Shown in pieces: positions 26,906-36,464 of a DNA stretch of 64,000 nt (position 1 is its first letter; every line of letters starts with the position of its first letter). The stretch lies in the NCBI GenBank assembly GCA_038065615.1, contig JBBTQQ010000008.1:10658-74657 (forward strand), read 5' to 3'. Below the pieces are notes generated by a model. The model had not been told where the DNA came from and made no database searches. It saw only the letters and a program-made list of their open reading frames with translations. This DNA comes from Patescibacteria group bacterium. Its GTDB lineage: Bacteria > Patescibacteriota > Doudnabacteria > UBA920 > VMFF01. The translations under genes and the position numbers were made by a program.

Positions 26906-29461
26906 TTATTGTATATACACCTTTATACTCTCAACATCTTTGTTTCTCCACGCCACATTAGCTCGTATTTGTTCTAAGGACTGCTGTATAGCTCTTTCTG
27001 CTGCAGGAGCCAAGTTCTTCTTAAAGAACTCTGATATATCATCCGCGTCTTTTGTGGTTGTAAAGAACTCAAGAGCGCTCGCTATTCTTGAAAGTGAGTG
27101 TCCCCCATCTCCAAACTTGTTTAGCAAGTATTTCCAATTTTGCTTAACAAATTTCCATGCTAGATGTTTACTGTTTCTCGCTGAAAACGCAACTGCAAGG
27201 AATAGTGTTGTGTCTTGATTACGGACTTCTTTAGAAAGGAAAAACTTTAAAACATCCGCAACAATAGCTGGTTCTTTGAAAAGTGGTAATACTCTAGCAA
27301 CACGATGCTTTTCTTCGTGTAATTTCGCATGTTTGTAAATCTTTCTAAGTTGCTTGTATTCATCAAGCGCACCATTTCCAGCAACTGCTGCATAAACAAT
27401 TGATTTAATATCAGGATCAATGTGTTTTCCTTTAAGTAATGACTTAAACAAAACTTTGCATTTTGCAATTACCTGTTCATCTTTGTATTTAACCGCATTC
27501 GCAAGTATTAAAGACCTTAGTAAACTATCAGAATGCGATTCTTTTGATTTTTTGCTCCAATCAACTTTCTTAACCATTGGTGAAAAGATGTTTCTGCAAT
27601 ATGTTTTAAAGTCTTTTCTAAATGGTTCGTTTTCCAAAATCCTTGAAACATGAGAAAGTCCTGATGATATCTCAACCCAAACATTGTAGTTATCCTCGTT
27701 CTTGTAAGCTTCCAGAAGGTCTAAAACTTCAGTTGTTGGTATATATCCACCCTGAGCAAGCGCAAAAGCATTACTAATTAACCCTAAACGGTCCTTAGGA
27801 TCAAGTTTCCTCTTCAAAATTGCCTCTTTAAGGTCGTCTAAGAAAGCGTGCTGATACTTAACGCGATAAAAACCGGTTTCATTAAGGTTTAATTTAATCC
27901 ACTCCCCTTTTTTGAGAGGTTTAATTACTGAAGACGATTTTTCAATTAAAATATTCTCCGCTCTATTTCTGCTTCTAAAAACTGTAGCAGGAATTTTCCA
28001 AAGTGTTTTTTTCTTGTTTGCTTTTCTAGAAATGGGGCTTGAGAAAAAGCGTTCTTGAGACAAGGAGATGTTTCCTTTGGTATCCTTTGTTTCAACAGAA
28101 ATTACCGGATATCCTGCTTGCCTGGTCCAAGTGCGCATCATTGGGGCAATTTTCTTTTCAGAAACTTTTTCAAAAGCACGCCATAGATCTTCAGTTATGG
28201 CATTCCCATAAGCGTGTTTTTTTAGATAGTGTCTTAAGCCATCTCTAAAGTCTTTTTCTCCCAAGTAGTTTGCAAGCATACGGATAATACTTGAGCCTTT
28301 TGAATAGCTGACAGTATCAAATATTTCATCAATTTCCTTGGGATGATGTACTTCTACTTCAATTGGATGGGTATTTTTAAGTGCATCAAGACTTAAAGCA
28401 AGTCCTAAGTCTCCAAAAACGAATTGATCCCACATTTTCCAGGAAGGAAATATATGATCAAGCGCAAGATACTCTATGTAAGAAGCAAAACCTTCATTCA
28501 ACCAAAGATCAGTCCACCAATCCATTGTTACTAAGTTTCCAAACCATTGATGCGCTAATTCATGAGATATTGTTAAAGCAACACGTTGTTTTGTAGAAAG
28601 CTCTGATTGATCCGGATCAATCAAAAGCGATGTTTCTCTGTAAGTAATGGCACCCCAATTTTCCATAGCTCCTGCAGAAAAGTCTGGAATAGCGATCATA
28701 TCTAGAACAGGTAGAGGGTATTTAATATCAAAATACCGCTCATAGAAATCAAGAGCTTTTATAGCAACGCTTAAAGCAAACTCAGCTTGTTTCTTCTTGC
28801 CAGGAGTTACAAAGACCCTAACTAAAACTTTGTTTTTAGTTTTACCTTCGATGAATTCAAAATTACCGACTATGAAAGCAAGTAAATACGTTGACATCTT
28901 AGGGGTTGGAGCAAACTCAACAACTTCCCATCCTTGATGTTCTTGTATGGCTATTGGTAATGTATTTGATATTGCGTGCAAACCTTTTTCTACCATCAAA
29001 GTAACATCAAAAACAGCTTTTGCTGATGGCTCATCAAAACAAGGGAAAGCATTTCGCGCAAAAGTTGATTCAAATTGCGTTGTTGCAATGTGCTTTGTCT
29101 TACCTTCGTGTTCGTAACTGCTTCTGTAAAAACCATTCAAACGATCTTCTAACAAACCTTTAAATTTAATTCCAAGCTCTCCCCTGCCCTTTGGTAATTT
29201 TGTTCTGAACAAAAAAATTGCAGTCTCAGAAACAATGTCATATTTAATTCTTGCTTTATGCTTTTTCTTCAAATCAAAATATTCTACTGATTCAATAACC
29301 AAACCCTTAGAGTGAAGCACTATCTCACTGGTTGCTTTCAAAAGCTTTAAAGAGATTGTTTCTTCAGCGTCATACTTAAAACTTTTCAAATCTGGCTTAA
29401 TGAAAATCTTGTAATGTTCAGGTAGAACGCTTTTTGATAATCTTACTTTCTTGTTTTTCAT
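26906..29461 (-). CDS. pepN: M1 family aminopeptidase (PepN/puromycin-sensitive type)
   Basis: 'GAMENWG', 'HELAHQWFGNLVT...WLNEGFA', C-terminal ERAP1-like domain; ATG at 29461. Confidence 0.93.
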   Translation of the reverse strand: MKNKKVRLSKSVLPEHYKIFIKPDLKSFKYDAEETISLKLLKATSEIVLHSKGLVIESVEYFDLKKKHKARIKYDIVSETAIFLFRTKLPKGRGELGIKFKGLLEDRLNGFYRSSYEHEGKTKHIATTQFESTFARNAFPCFDEPSAKAVFDVTLMVEKGLHAISNTLPIAIQEHQGWEVVEFAPTPKMSTYLLAFIVGNFEFIEGKTKNKVLVRVFVTPGKKKQAEFALSVAIKALDFYERYFDIKYPLPVLDMIAIPDFSAGAMENWGAITYRETSLLIDPDQSELSTKQRVALTISHELAHQWFGNLVTMDWWTDLWLNEGFASYIEYLALDHIFPSWKMWDQFVFGDLGLALSLDALKNTHPIEVEVHHPKEIDEIFDTVSYSKGSSIIRMLANYLGEKDFRDGLRHYLKKHAYGNAITEDLWRAFEKVSEKKIAPMMRTWTRQAGYPVISVETKDTKGNISLSQERFFSSPISRKANKKKTLWKIPATVFRSRNRAENILIEKSSSVIKPLKKGEWIKLNLNETGFYRVKYQHAFLDDLKEAILKRKLDPKDRLGLISNAFALAQGGYIPTTEVLDLLEAYKNEDNYNVWVEISSGLSHVSRILENEPFRKDFKTYCRNIFSPMVKKVDWSKKSKESHSDSLLRSLILANAVKYKDEQVIAKCKVLFKSLLKGKHIDPDIKSIVYAAVAGNGALDEYKQLRKIYKHAKLHEEKHRVARVLPLFKEPAIVADVLKFFLSKEVRNQDTTLFLAVAFSARNSKHLAWKFVKQNWKYLLNKFGDGGHSLSRIASALEFFTTTKDADDISEFFKKNLAPAAERAIQQSLEQIRANVAWRNKDVESIKVYIQ

Positions 29462-29486
29462 ATACCTTAGTTTAACAAAAACAACA

Positions 29487-29516
29487 AAGACCTGCACCTT
29501 GGGGGGCGCAGGTCTT
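29487..29516 (-). terminator. Intrinsic terminator after the ABC ATPase gene
   Basis: AAGACCTGC...GCAGGTCTT inverted repeat followed on the - strand by TGTTGTTTTT. Confidence 0.6.
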
Positions 29517-29529
29517 ATCTTTTGAAAGT

Positions 29530-30222
29530 CTAATTATCAACTATTGCTTGAATATGTTCTACGTATTTTCTAAAAATAGGGTCCTCTTTCTGTCTTGGTC
29601 TCTTAAGATCAATAGTTATTTCTCTCCTAATCTTACCTTTGTCCATTATTACTACTCGGTCAGCTAAAAAGACTGCTTCTTCAATTGAATAGGAAACCAT
29701 TAAGACCGTCAGTTTGTTTGTTCTCCAAAGCCCTAAAAGCAGTGAATACAGCTCTTCAGCTATCTTTATGTCTAAAGCCGAAAAAGGCTCGTCTAAGAGC
29801 AGTATTTTGCGTTTTACAGCCATTGCCCGAGCTAAACCAACTCTTTGTTTTTGCCCACCAGAAAGCTCCTTTGGATACCTCTTTTCTAAACTCTTTATCC
29901 CAAGCTCAGAAAGGAGTTGTTCTATCTGTTTTTTTGGTGTATCTAATCCTTGAACCATAAAAGGAAAAGAAACATTTTGTTTTACTGTAAGCCAAGGAAG
30001 AAGGGCGCTACTCTGAAAAACCATTGCACTTTGATCGTCTGCATGTACAACACCTTTGCTTGGTTCAATTAATCCCGCCACTATTTTCAGTAAAGCAGTT
30101 TTTCCACTCCCCGATTCTCCAACAATACAAACAAATTCACCCGAGTCTATACTCAAATCCACATCTCTTAGGATTTCTTGTTTGTCATAATTTTTATAAA
30201 TGTTTTCAAGGATTATCTTCAT
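29530..30222 (-). CDS. ABC transporter ATP-binding protein (SsuB/TauB/NitT type)
   Basis: 'GESGSGKT', 'LSGGQKQR', 'LLDEPFSALD'. Confidence 0.9.
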   Translation of the reverse strand: MKIILENIYKNYDKQEILRDVDLSIDSGEFVCIVGESGSGKTALLKIVAGLIEPSKGVVHADDQSAMVFQSSALLPWLTVKQNVSFPFMVQGLDTPKKQIEQLLSELGIKSLEKRYPKELSGGQKQRVGLARAMAVKRKILLLDEPFSALDIKIAEELYSLLLGLWRTNKLTVLMVSYSIEEAVFLADRVVIMDKGKIRREITIDLKRPRQKEDPIFRKYVEHIQAIVDN

Positions 30223-31016
30223 TCGAATTTAAACCTTTCGCCAAACTCAGTTAATCTATGCCAAACTAAACGATCTACAATTAGAATCAAAGCAACTAAG
30301 ACAAGGAGAGATGCGATGAACAAACCAATGTTGTATCCTGCTGAAACAGATAAAAGATTTCCTAACCCTGGCAAACTAATCTGAATGTTTCCGTAATTTA
30401 TGTATTCAGAGATTATTATCACATTCCAACCTTCTCCGAAAGAAAGAATCGAACCTGTTACAAGCTGCGGAAAAATTGCTGGAAGTATAACTTTAAAAAA
30501 CATTTGAATTCCTTTTGCATTGTAAACCCTTGCAGCATCAAAGATTTCCTCTGGGATTAAATGTAGTCCTCCTAAAGCACCAAACAAGATTGACCAGAAC
30601 ATGGCTATTACTAAAACAAGTTGTGCTGCTAACTCTGCTAAATGTAGTTGCGCAAAAACAACAATAATTAGAGGAAAGAAAGCAAGAACAGGAACGCTTT
30701 GCAATATATCAAAAATTGGAACTAAGAAGTTTTCAACTTTTTTGTGTCTAGTAACAACAAAAACTACTAGAAGCGCTAAAAACAAGGAAACAAAATATGC
30801 GGCGCAAAGCCTTAAGAAAGTATACCCGGAATACAGCAGTAATTGAGTTATTGACACATCTTTAAATATCAAAAAAATCTTTGATAAATCTATTGTTTTA
30901 AATCCGCTTTCTAGATATATGGCTAGAGTGGCAATAATCAAAAAGCTGAGTATATAAAAGAATACTCGGCTTCCAAAAGAGTGTTTTCTTAGATGATATT
31001 TTGTATGTCTGAACAT
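30219..31016 (-). CDS. ABC transporter permease (NitT/TauT type)
   Basis: 'DILQSVPVLAFFP', EAA-like loop 'DAARVYNAKG', six TMs. Confidence 0.88.
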   Translation of the reverse strand: MFRHTKYHLRKHSFGSRVFFYILSFLIIATLAIYLESGFKTIDLSKIFLIFKDVSITQLLLYSGYTFLRLCAAYFVSLFLALLVVFVVTRHKKVENFLVPIFDILQSVPVLAFFPLIIVVFAQLHLAELAAQLVLVIAMFWSILFGALGGLHLIPEEIFDAARVYNAKGIQMFFKVILPAIFPQLVTGSILSFGEGWNVIIISEYINYGNIQISLPGLGNLLSVSAGYNIGLFIASLLVLVALILIVDRLVWHRLTEFGERFKFE

Positions 31017-31037
31017 TTTTGTTTTGAGGCCTTGTTT

Positions 31038-31310
31038 TTAAGGGTACACCTGAGTACCATCTTCTTCATAAAGGTAAATCGCAAGTGTTGGACAGCTCTG
31101 TGCCGCAAGCATTAAAGTATCATCATCAACCGCGCTTACTTCAAGCATATCAACATCTGTTTTTCCAGAATCTCTAATGCCATCTTTCTTCAAGATCACT
31201 GCTTTGTTATCATCATCTAATTGAAAGACTTCTGGATACAAAGCAACACAAGAAGCCGCGCCAATACACAGTTCCCTATCAACCATCAGGTATTTAATCT
31301 TTCCCGCCAT
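31038..31310 (-). CDS. Ferredoxin, probably [3Fe-4S]
   Basis: 'CIGAASC' (second Cys replaced by Ala) and 'CPTLAI'. Confidence 0.85.
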   Translation of the reverse strand: MAGKIKYLMVDRELCIGAASCVALYPEVFQLDDDNKAVILKKDGIRDSGKTDVDMLEVSAVDDDTLMLAAQSCPTLAIYLYEEDGTQVYP

Positions 31311-31576
31311 TATTTCATCTCCACGTATTTAATGTTTTTTAAATTAGGACAAGCTTCTTGGATGTATCTATTCAATATCTTTCCGTATGTAATTGGAGCC
31401 ATAGGGCAACCCGCGCAATGTCCTTTTAAAGCAAGAACAACTTCATCCTCAGTTGCTTTAATGATCTCAACACCACCTTGATGCGCTTTAACAATCGGGT
31501 CAATCTTAGCAATCTGTTCTCTTACAGCAGCAAGTATTGTCTTGTCCATTATTGAAATACCAAGATTTAAGTTCAT
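31310..31576 (-). CDS. NifU/NfuA C-terminal domain protein
   Basis: 'HQGGVEI...LKGHCAGCP'. Confidence 0.88.
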   Translation of the reverse strand: MNLNLGISIMDKTILAAVREQIAKIDPIVKAHQGGVEIIKATEDEVVLALKGHCAGCPMAPITYGKILNRYIQEACPNLKNIKYVEMK

Positions 31577-31585
31577 AACTAGATA

Positions 31586-32818
31586 TTAATGCTTTTTGTT
31601 CAAGGATTCAACTCTACGAAGTTCTTTGATTATTGGTCCGCTTACTTTAACAAACTCATCAAGATCAGATTTCTTGGTAGATCTTCCAAGAGTAATACGT
31701 ACACTTGCCTTAGCGTCATACTTGTCCAAACCAATTGCTAAGAGAACATGTGACGGATCCAGGCTGGTTGAGGCACAAGCAGAGCCAGTTGAAACAGCAA
31801 ACCCTTGAGCATCAAGATACAAAAGCAACGCTTCTCCGTCTATACCAACAAAAGAAAAATTAATATTGTTAGGTAAGCGTAAAATATTTTTCTCTGAATC
31901 TTTTTCAACAGAAGGACCATTTAATATTGAACCTGGAATTGTTTTTTGAATCCTTGAGATCAAATAGTTTCTTAAAGTCCTTAATCTCTTGTTTTCTGAC
32001 TTTTTTAAACGTTCAGCAATCTCTAATGCTTTTGCAAAACCAATAATCCCGGAAGTATTTTCTGTTCCTGAACGCAAACCTCTTTCCTGTCCCCCGCCAT
32101 AGATCAAAGGTTTTAATTTAACCCCGTTTCTTACATACAACAAACCAACTTGTTTTGGTCCATAAATCTTGCTTGCATTTAAAGTCATTAAATCAACACC
32201 AAGCTTGTTAACATTCAAATCCAAAGCACCAACTGCTTGGCACGCATCAGTGTGCGAAAGAATCTTTTGTTTCCTATTCAAATTTGCTTTTCTAATTACC
32301 TTAGCTAACTCGTTTATTGGTTGAACTGTTCCAATCTCGTTATTTGCATAAATCACACTTACTAAAACAGTGTTCTTTTTAATTGCTTTAGCAAGCTCTT
32401 TTGAATTAACAAAACCTTGATTATTAACTTTGAGTATTGTTAATTCAACGCCCTCACTTTTTAAAGCTTTTGCGCTTTCTAAAACAGCATGATGTTCAAT
32501 AGCAGAAACTATGATGTGTGGTTTTTTGAATCCAGAAGAAATTGCTTGTCTTACAACCCCAAACAAAGCAAGGTTAACGGATTCAGTTCCCCCACCTGTG
32601 AATATTATCTCACTCTCTCTTGCTCCAATTATGTCTGCTATTGTTTTCCTTGCTGTATCAATATCAAATTTAGCTTCCATTCCAAGCTCATAAATACTAG
32701 AAGCATTCCCAAACTTTTCTGATAAATATGGTTGCATAGCACGAACAACCTCCTGATCTAGAGGTGTTGTTGCGGCATGGTCTAGATATATTAATTTTCT
32801 CTTTTTATTCCCTAACAT
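31586..32818 (-). CDS. iscS: Cysteine desulfurase (IscS/NifS family)
   Basis: 'YLDHAATTP', 'NNEIGT', 'KIYGPK', 'STGSAC'. Confidence 0.92.
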   Translation of the reverse strand: MLGNKKRKLIYLDHAATTPLDQEVVRAMQPYLSEKFGNASSIYELGMEAKFDIDTARKTIADIIGARESEIIFTGGGTESVNLALFGVVRQAISSGFKKPHIIVSAIEHHAVLESAKALKSEGVELTILKVNNQGFVNSKELAKAIKKNTVLVSVIYANNEIGTVQPINELAKVIRKANLNRKQKILSHTDACQAVGALDLNVNKLGVDLMTLNASKIYGPKQVGLLYVRNGVKLKPLIYGGGQERGLRSGTENTSGIIGFAKALEIAERLKKSENKRLRTLRNYLISRIQKTIPGSILNGPSVEKDSEKNILRLPNNINFSFVGIDGEALLLYLDAQGFAVSTGSACASTSLDPSHVLLAIGLDKYDAKASVRITLGRSTKKSDLDEFVKVSGPIIKELRRVESLNKKH

Positions 32819-32837
32819 ACAGCAAATTATCTCATAT

Positions 32838-32865
32838 TTGACCTATTTCTTCAATGTTCTAAAAT
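32838..32865 (+). promoter_or_regulatory. Sigma70-type promoter for the structured RNA
   Basis: TTGACC-16 nt-TAAAAT; predicted start about 32872 coincides with the first helix. Confidence 0.6.
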
Positions 32866-32871
32866 TAAGTT

Positions 32872-33118
32872 GTTGACTAGCTCAGTCCCGCCGGAGGGTG
32901 GGCTGATCAACCAGGGCAAAGCTTGCCCAGGTATCTCGCATGAACTCTTATGCAAACTGGGTAGGGAGCCAATCCATCCATCCTGCTTGCCTACACAGGA
33001 GATATCTTAAGAGCGGAGTGTGCCCAGAGAAATTGCGAGGAGTGAAAAGGATGGGGATGGGGCCAGAAGGCCTCTCGGGGGTTGTGTACGCCTTTGTTGG
33101 CCTCTACACAACCCTCTT
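32872..33118 (+). ncRNA. Unassigned highly structured RNA (~245 nt) with multi-helix junction and pseudoknot
   Basis: GC-rich intergenic block; seven hand-found helices, several G.U pairs valid only on + strand; upstream promoter; long terminal hairpin. Confidence 0.75.
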
Positions 33119-33163
33119 CCCAATTGCTTGAATGCTTTGATTACTGTAATATCTTAAGTACAT

Positions 33164-34441
33164 ATGCAATACGCATTCATCTTAGGGAGGGTGTATACAT
33201 TATCTATTGCTGAACTTCTAGTTGTCCTTCAAGACGAGCTTGTTGATCATGATGTGCCCTTTAAAATCATAGCCGCTTCCATTGAAGCGTTAATCATTGA
33301 AACTGAAAAACAAATAGATCATGAAAAACTCCAGCGTCGTTTAGGTGGAGTCATTAAAATTATAAAAATAGTTGATTCCGTTAAAAAGCGTCCTCAAGAT
33401 TCCATAAACTTTGCGCTTCAAAATTACTTTAAACCAAGCAAATTAAAAAAAGACTTCCTTAAAGAATACTCTGGAAAAAAACAATTCGGAGTAAGCGTGT
33501 ACTTGCTTGATCCAACAATCAAAGGTTTTGGGGAACCAAAACGCCTTGGTATGTTCATCAAGAAAGGATTACAAGAGGAAGGCGCTTCAATTAGAGTTTG
33601 CTTGCCTGATTACAATTCCCTTTCTCTTGCCTCTGTTGTTGTTACAAAAAACCTCTTACTACAAAAAGGCGCTGAGATTGTTGTAATAGCTGGAATTGAT
33701 CGAGTCTATGTTGGTAAAACTTTGATTGTTCAAGACTTTGAAGACTATGGTAGACGCGACTATCAACGACCAATACGAGATGACAAACAAGGGATGATTC
33801 CACCAAAGGTTGCTCAGATAATGATCAACTTCGCGCGTTTGCCAAAAAACGCAATTGTTTTAGATCCTTTTTGTGGTATTGGAACAATCATTCAAGAAGC
33901 AATTCTTCTGGGTTACAAAGGATATGGATCTGATATTGCTAAGTTTGCAATATCTGGGAGTGAGAAAAACCTTGAATGGTTTAGAAACAGGTACAAAATT
34001 CCTCCTGGTAAATACAAACTTGAGGTCGCAGATGTAGCTGATGTAGCCACTACTTTCAAAGGAGAAAAGATCGCAGGAATTGTAACTGAGGGATATTTGG
34101 GACCAATGTATGGCTCTTTCCCTAAAGACTCAGATATTCAAAAGAACTTCGAAGACCTTAAAAAACTATGGATATCTGCTTTCAAAGCTTTAAAGAACCT
34201 CCTTCCTAAAGGGTCCAGGGTTGTCATCTGTCTTCCTTGCTACAGAAAAGACGCTGACTCATATATCCCCTTTCCAAGCGTTGACTTCATCACTGATTTA
34301 GGCTACAATATTGAAGATCTATTTCCTCCTACTGCTAAAAAATTGATGCCGTTCTTAAAGCTTACAGAACGAAACTCAATGATCTATGATCGTAAAGATC
34401 AGGTTGTAGCAAGAGAAATTATCACGTTCATTAATAATTAA
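33164..34441 (+). CDS. TRM11/UPF0020-like SAM-dependent RNA methyltransferase
   Basis: 'GMIPPKVAQIMIN', 'VLDPFCGIGT', 'IVTEGYLGP'. Confidence 0.8.
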   Translation: MQYAFILGRVYTLSIAELLVVLQDELVDHDVPFKIIAASIEALIIETEKQIDHEKLQRRLGGVIKIIKIVDSVKKRPQDSINFALQNYFKPSKLKKDFLKEYSGKKQFGVSVYLLDPTIKGFGEPKRLGMFIKKGLQEEGASIRVCLPDYNSLSLASVVVTKNLLLQKGAEIVVIAGIDRVYVGKTLIVQDFEDYGRRDYQRPIRDDKQGMIPPKVAQIMINFARLPKNAIVLDPFCGIGTIIQEAILLGYKGYGSDIAKFAISGSEKNLEWFRNRYKIPPGKYKLEVADVADVATTFKGEKIAGIVTEGYLGPMYGSFPKDSDIQKNFEDLKKLWISAFKALKNLLPKGSRVVICLPCYRKDADSYIPFPSVDFITDLGYNIEDLFPPTAKKLMPFLKLTERNSMIYDRKDQVVAREIITFINN

Positions 34442-34451
34442 CAGCTAACAA

Positions 34452-34736
34452 ATGGCACATAAGAAAGCCGGAGGTAGTACCTCGTTAGGCCGCGATAGCG
34501 TTTCCAAACGTCTTGGAGTAAAAATATTCGGTGCACAGAAAGTCTCTGTCGGCAATGTAATTGTCCGACAACACGGTAGCAAATTCAGAGCAGGAAAAAA
34601 TGTGCGAATGGGTGGCGATTGCACTTTGTATGCAACAGCCAACGGATTCGTAAAGTTCTCCAACAAGAAGGTTAAAAGGTTCAATGGAGCGCTAGCGAAG
34701 ACACGTATCGTAAACGTTGTTCTAAACAAAGCTTAA
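34452..34736 (+). CDS. rpmA: 50S ribosomal protein L27
   Basis: '[20 protein letters not shown]'. Confidence 0.98.
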   Translation: MAHKKAGGSTSLGRDSVSKRLGVKIFGAQKVSVGNVIVRQHGSKFRAGKNVRMGGDCTLYATANGFVKFSNKKVKRFNGALAKTRIVNVVLNKA

Positions 34737-34756
34737 CAATTACTTCTGTAAGATAT

Positions 34757-34786
34757 ATTAAAACCCCTCGCTTGAGGGGTTTTAAT
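34757..34786. terminator. Bidirectional intrinsic terminator
   Basis: ATTAAAACCCCTC-GCTT-GAGGGGTTTTAAT between rpmA and pyrG. Confidence 0.8.
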
Positions 34787-34790
34787 TATG

Positions 34791-36464
34791 TTATTTTTTC
34801 AGCTTAGCTACTGCTTTCATGAATCCTTCAAACAAAGGATGCGGTCTTAGTGGTCTTGATTTGAATTCTGGATGGAACTGGCTTCCCATAAAAAACGGGT
34901 GTCCTGGGAGTTCAATTATTTCTGCCAGCTTTCCATCAGGAGATGTTCCTGAGAAAACCAAACCTGCTTTTTCTAACACACCTCTGTACTTGTTGTTAAC
35001 CTCGTATCTATGTCTGTGTCTTTCAGAAATTCTTCTTTGCTTGTACAAGGATTCTGCTTGGCTTCCTTTTCTTAAAACACAATCCCAAGCGCCAAGTCTC
35101 ATAGAAGCACCATAGTCTCTAACAAGAAGTTTCTTTTCTTGATCAGGCATAATATGAATTACAGGATGTTTTGTCTCATCATCAACCTCTGTTGTATTTG
35201 CATTTTTTAGCCTAGCAACGTTCCTTGCGTATTCAATTGTTGCCATCTGCATTCCATAACACAAACCTAAGTACGGAATTTTGTTTTTTCTAGCATACTC
35301 AATAGCTTGAATCATTCCTTCAGTACCTCTTTTTCCAAATCCACCTGGTACAACTATTCCATCAAAACCAGCAAGTATCTTTTTAGCACCTTCATTTTCT
35401 ACTTTCAATGCGTCAATCCATGTTAATTTTGGATTAGCTTTGTTTGACCACGCGGCGTGTTTCAAGGACTCAATTACTGAAACATACGAATCAGCAAGCT
35501 CAAACTTTCCTGTGCCAAAGTATTTTCCTACAATGGCAATGTTTAAATCTCTCTTTACACTCTTAATCTTCTTAACAAAGTTTCGCCATTCTTTCATGTC
35601 TCTTTTTCTTGGTCTCATTTTCAACTTCTCAAGAATTATATCCCCTGCGTTTTGTTCTTCTAAGATTACAGGAACTTCATAGATTGACTTAACATCAGGG
35701 TTTGAAAGCACCGCTTTTTTGTCTACATTACAAAACAAAGCGATTCTTTCTTTTCTCTTGTCATCAATAACGGTTTCAGCGCGACCAACAATAATGTCAG
35801 GTTCAATACCCATTGAATTAAGCATTCTAACTGATTGCTGGACAGGCTTAGATTTCATTTCACCAAGGTATGAAGGAACTGGTAAGTATGCAACGTGAAT
35901 ATGCAAGATATCAGCAGGATGTCTTAATTTCATTATACGAGTTGCTTCAAAGAAAATGGCATTCTGGTATTCACCAACTGTTCCACCTAACTCAATTAAA
36001 ACAATATCAGCATTTTTAGCAGCCATCATAAATCTTCTGATGATTTCATCAGTAACATGCGGAATTGCTTCAACGTCTTCACCTTCATATTCAAAAGCGC
36101 GTTCTTTTCTTAAAACCTCGCCATAGATCTGACCAGTAGTAATGTAGTTTATTTTGTTCAGCGGTTTATCAATGAAACGTTCATAATGACCAAGATCTTG
36201 GTCTGTTTCCATACCATCGTCAGTAACAAAGACTTCACCGTGCTCTTGTGGTCTGATTGTTCCTGCATCTTGGTTTAAATACATATCAACTTTAACTGGA
36301 GATATGTTTAAACCTCTAGATTGCAAGATTGCACCGATTGATGCAGAGGTAATCCCTTTTCCAATCCCTGAAATGACACCTCCTGATATGAAGATGAATT
36401 TAGGATGCTTCTTTAGCTTCTTGACCTTTGCTCTAGTTGTTTTGCTTTTTGCTGTCATTTTCAT
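34791..36464 (-). CDS. pyrG: CTP synthase
   Basis: 'GGVISGIGKG', 'QHGEVFVT'-like motif, 'GLCYGMQ', 'QFHPEF'. Confidence 0.97.
   Translation of the reverse strand: MKMTAKSKTTRAKVKKLKKHPKFIFISGGVISGIGKGITSASIGAILQSRGLNISPVKVDMYLNQDAGTIRPQEHGEVFVTDDGMETDQDLGHYERFIDKPLNKINYITTGQIYGEVLRKERAFEYEGEDVEAIPHVTDEIIRRFMMAAKNADIVLIELGGTVGEYQNAIFFEATRIMKLRHPADILHIHVAYLPVPSYLGEMKSKPVQQSVRMLNSMGIEPDIIVGRAETVIDDKRKERIALFCNVDKKAVLSNPDVKSIYEVPVILEEQNAGDIILEKLKMRPRKRDMKEWRNFVKKIKSVKRDLNIAIVGKYFGTGKFELADSYVSVIESLKHAAWSNKANPKLTWIDALKVENEGAKKILAGFDGIVVPGGFGKRGTEGMIQAIEYARKNKIPYLGLCYGMQMATIEYARNVARLKNANTTEVDDETKHPVIHIMPDQEKKLLVRDYGASMRLGAWDCVLRKGSQAESLYKQRRISERHRHRYEVNNKYRGVLEKAGLVFSGTSPDGKLAEIIELPGHPFFMGSQFHPEFKSRPLRPHPLFEGFMKAVAKLKK

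Noticed and set aside
7613-33101. Shared C-TTTGYT-G hairpin loop at the ends of both GC-rich elements (7613-7626 and 33090-33101)
   Set aside because: The 7603 hairpin pairs best and has its T-tract on the - strand (hppA terminator), whereas the 33077 stem favours +; a 6-nt match is easily chance.
32872-33118. RNase P RNA, tmRNA, SRP RNA or IscB omega/HEARO RNA
   Set aside because: No GAGGAAAGUCC/P4 signature, no tRNA-like ends, no SRP helix-8 motif. GTTGACTAGCTCAG faintly recalls HEARO but there is no upstream GTCAAC arm and no IscB/TnpA gene.
32940-33131. 63-aa ORF as a protein gene
   Set aside because: No RBS at the first ATG, no recognisable protein features, and it overlies the structured RNA; only the SD-led last 26 codons were kept as a hypothesis.
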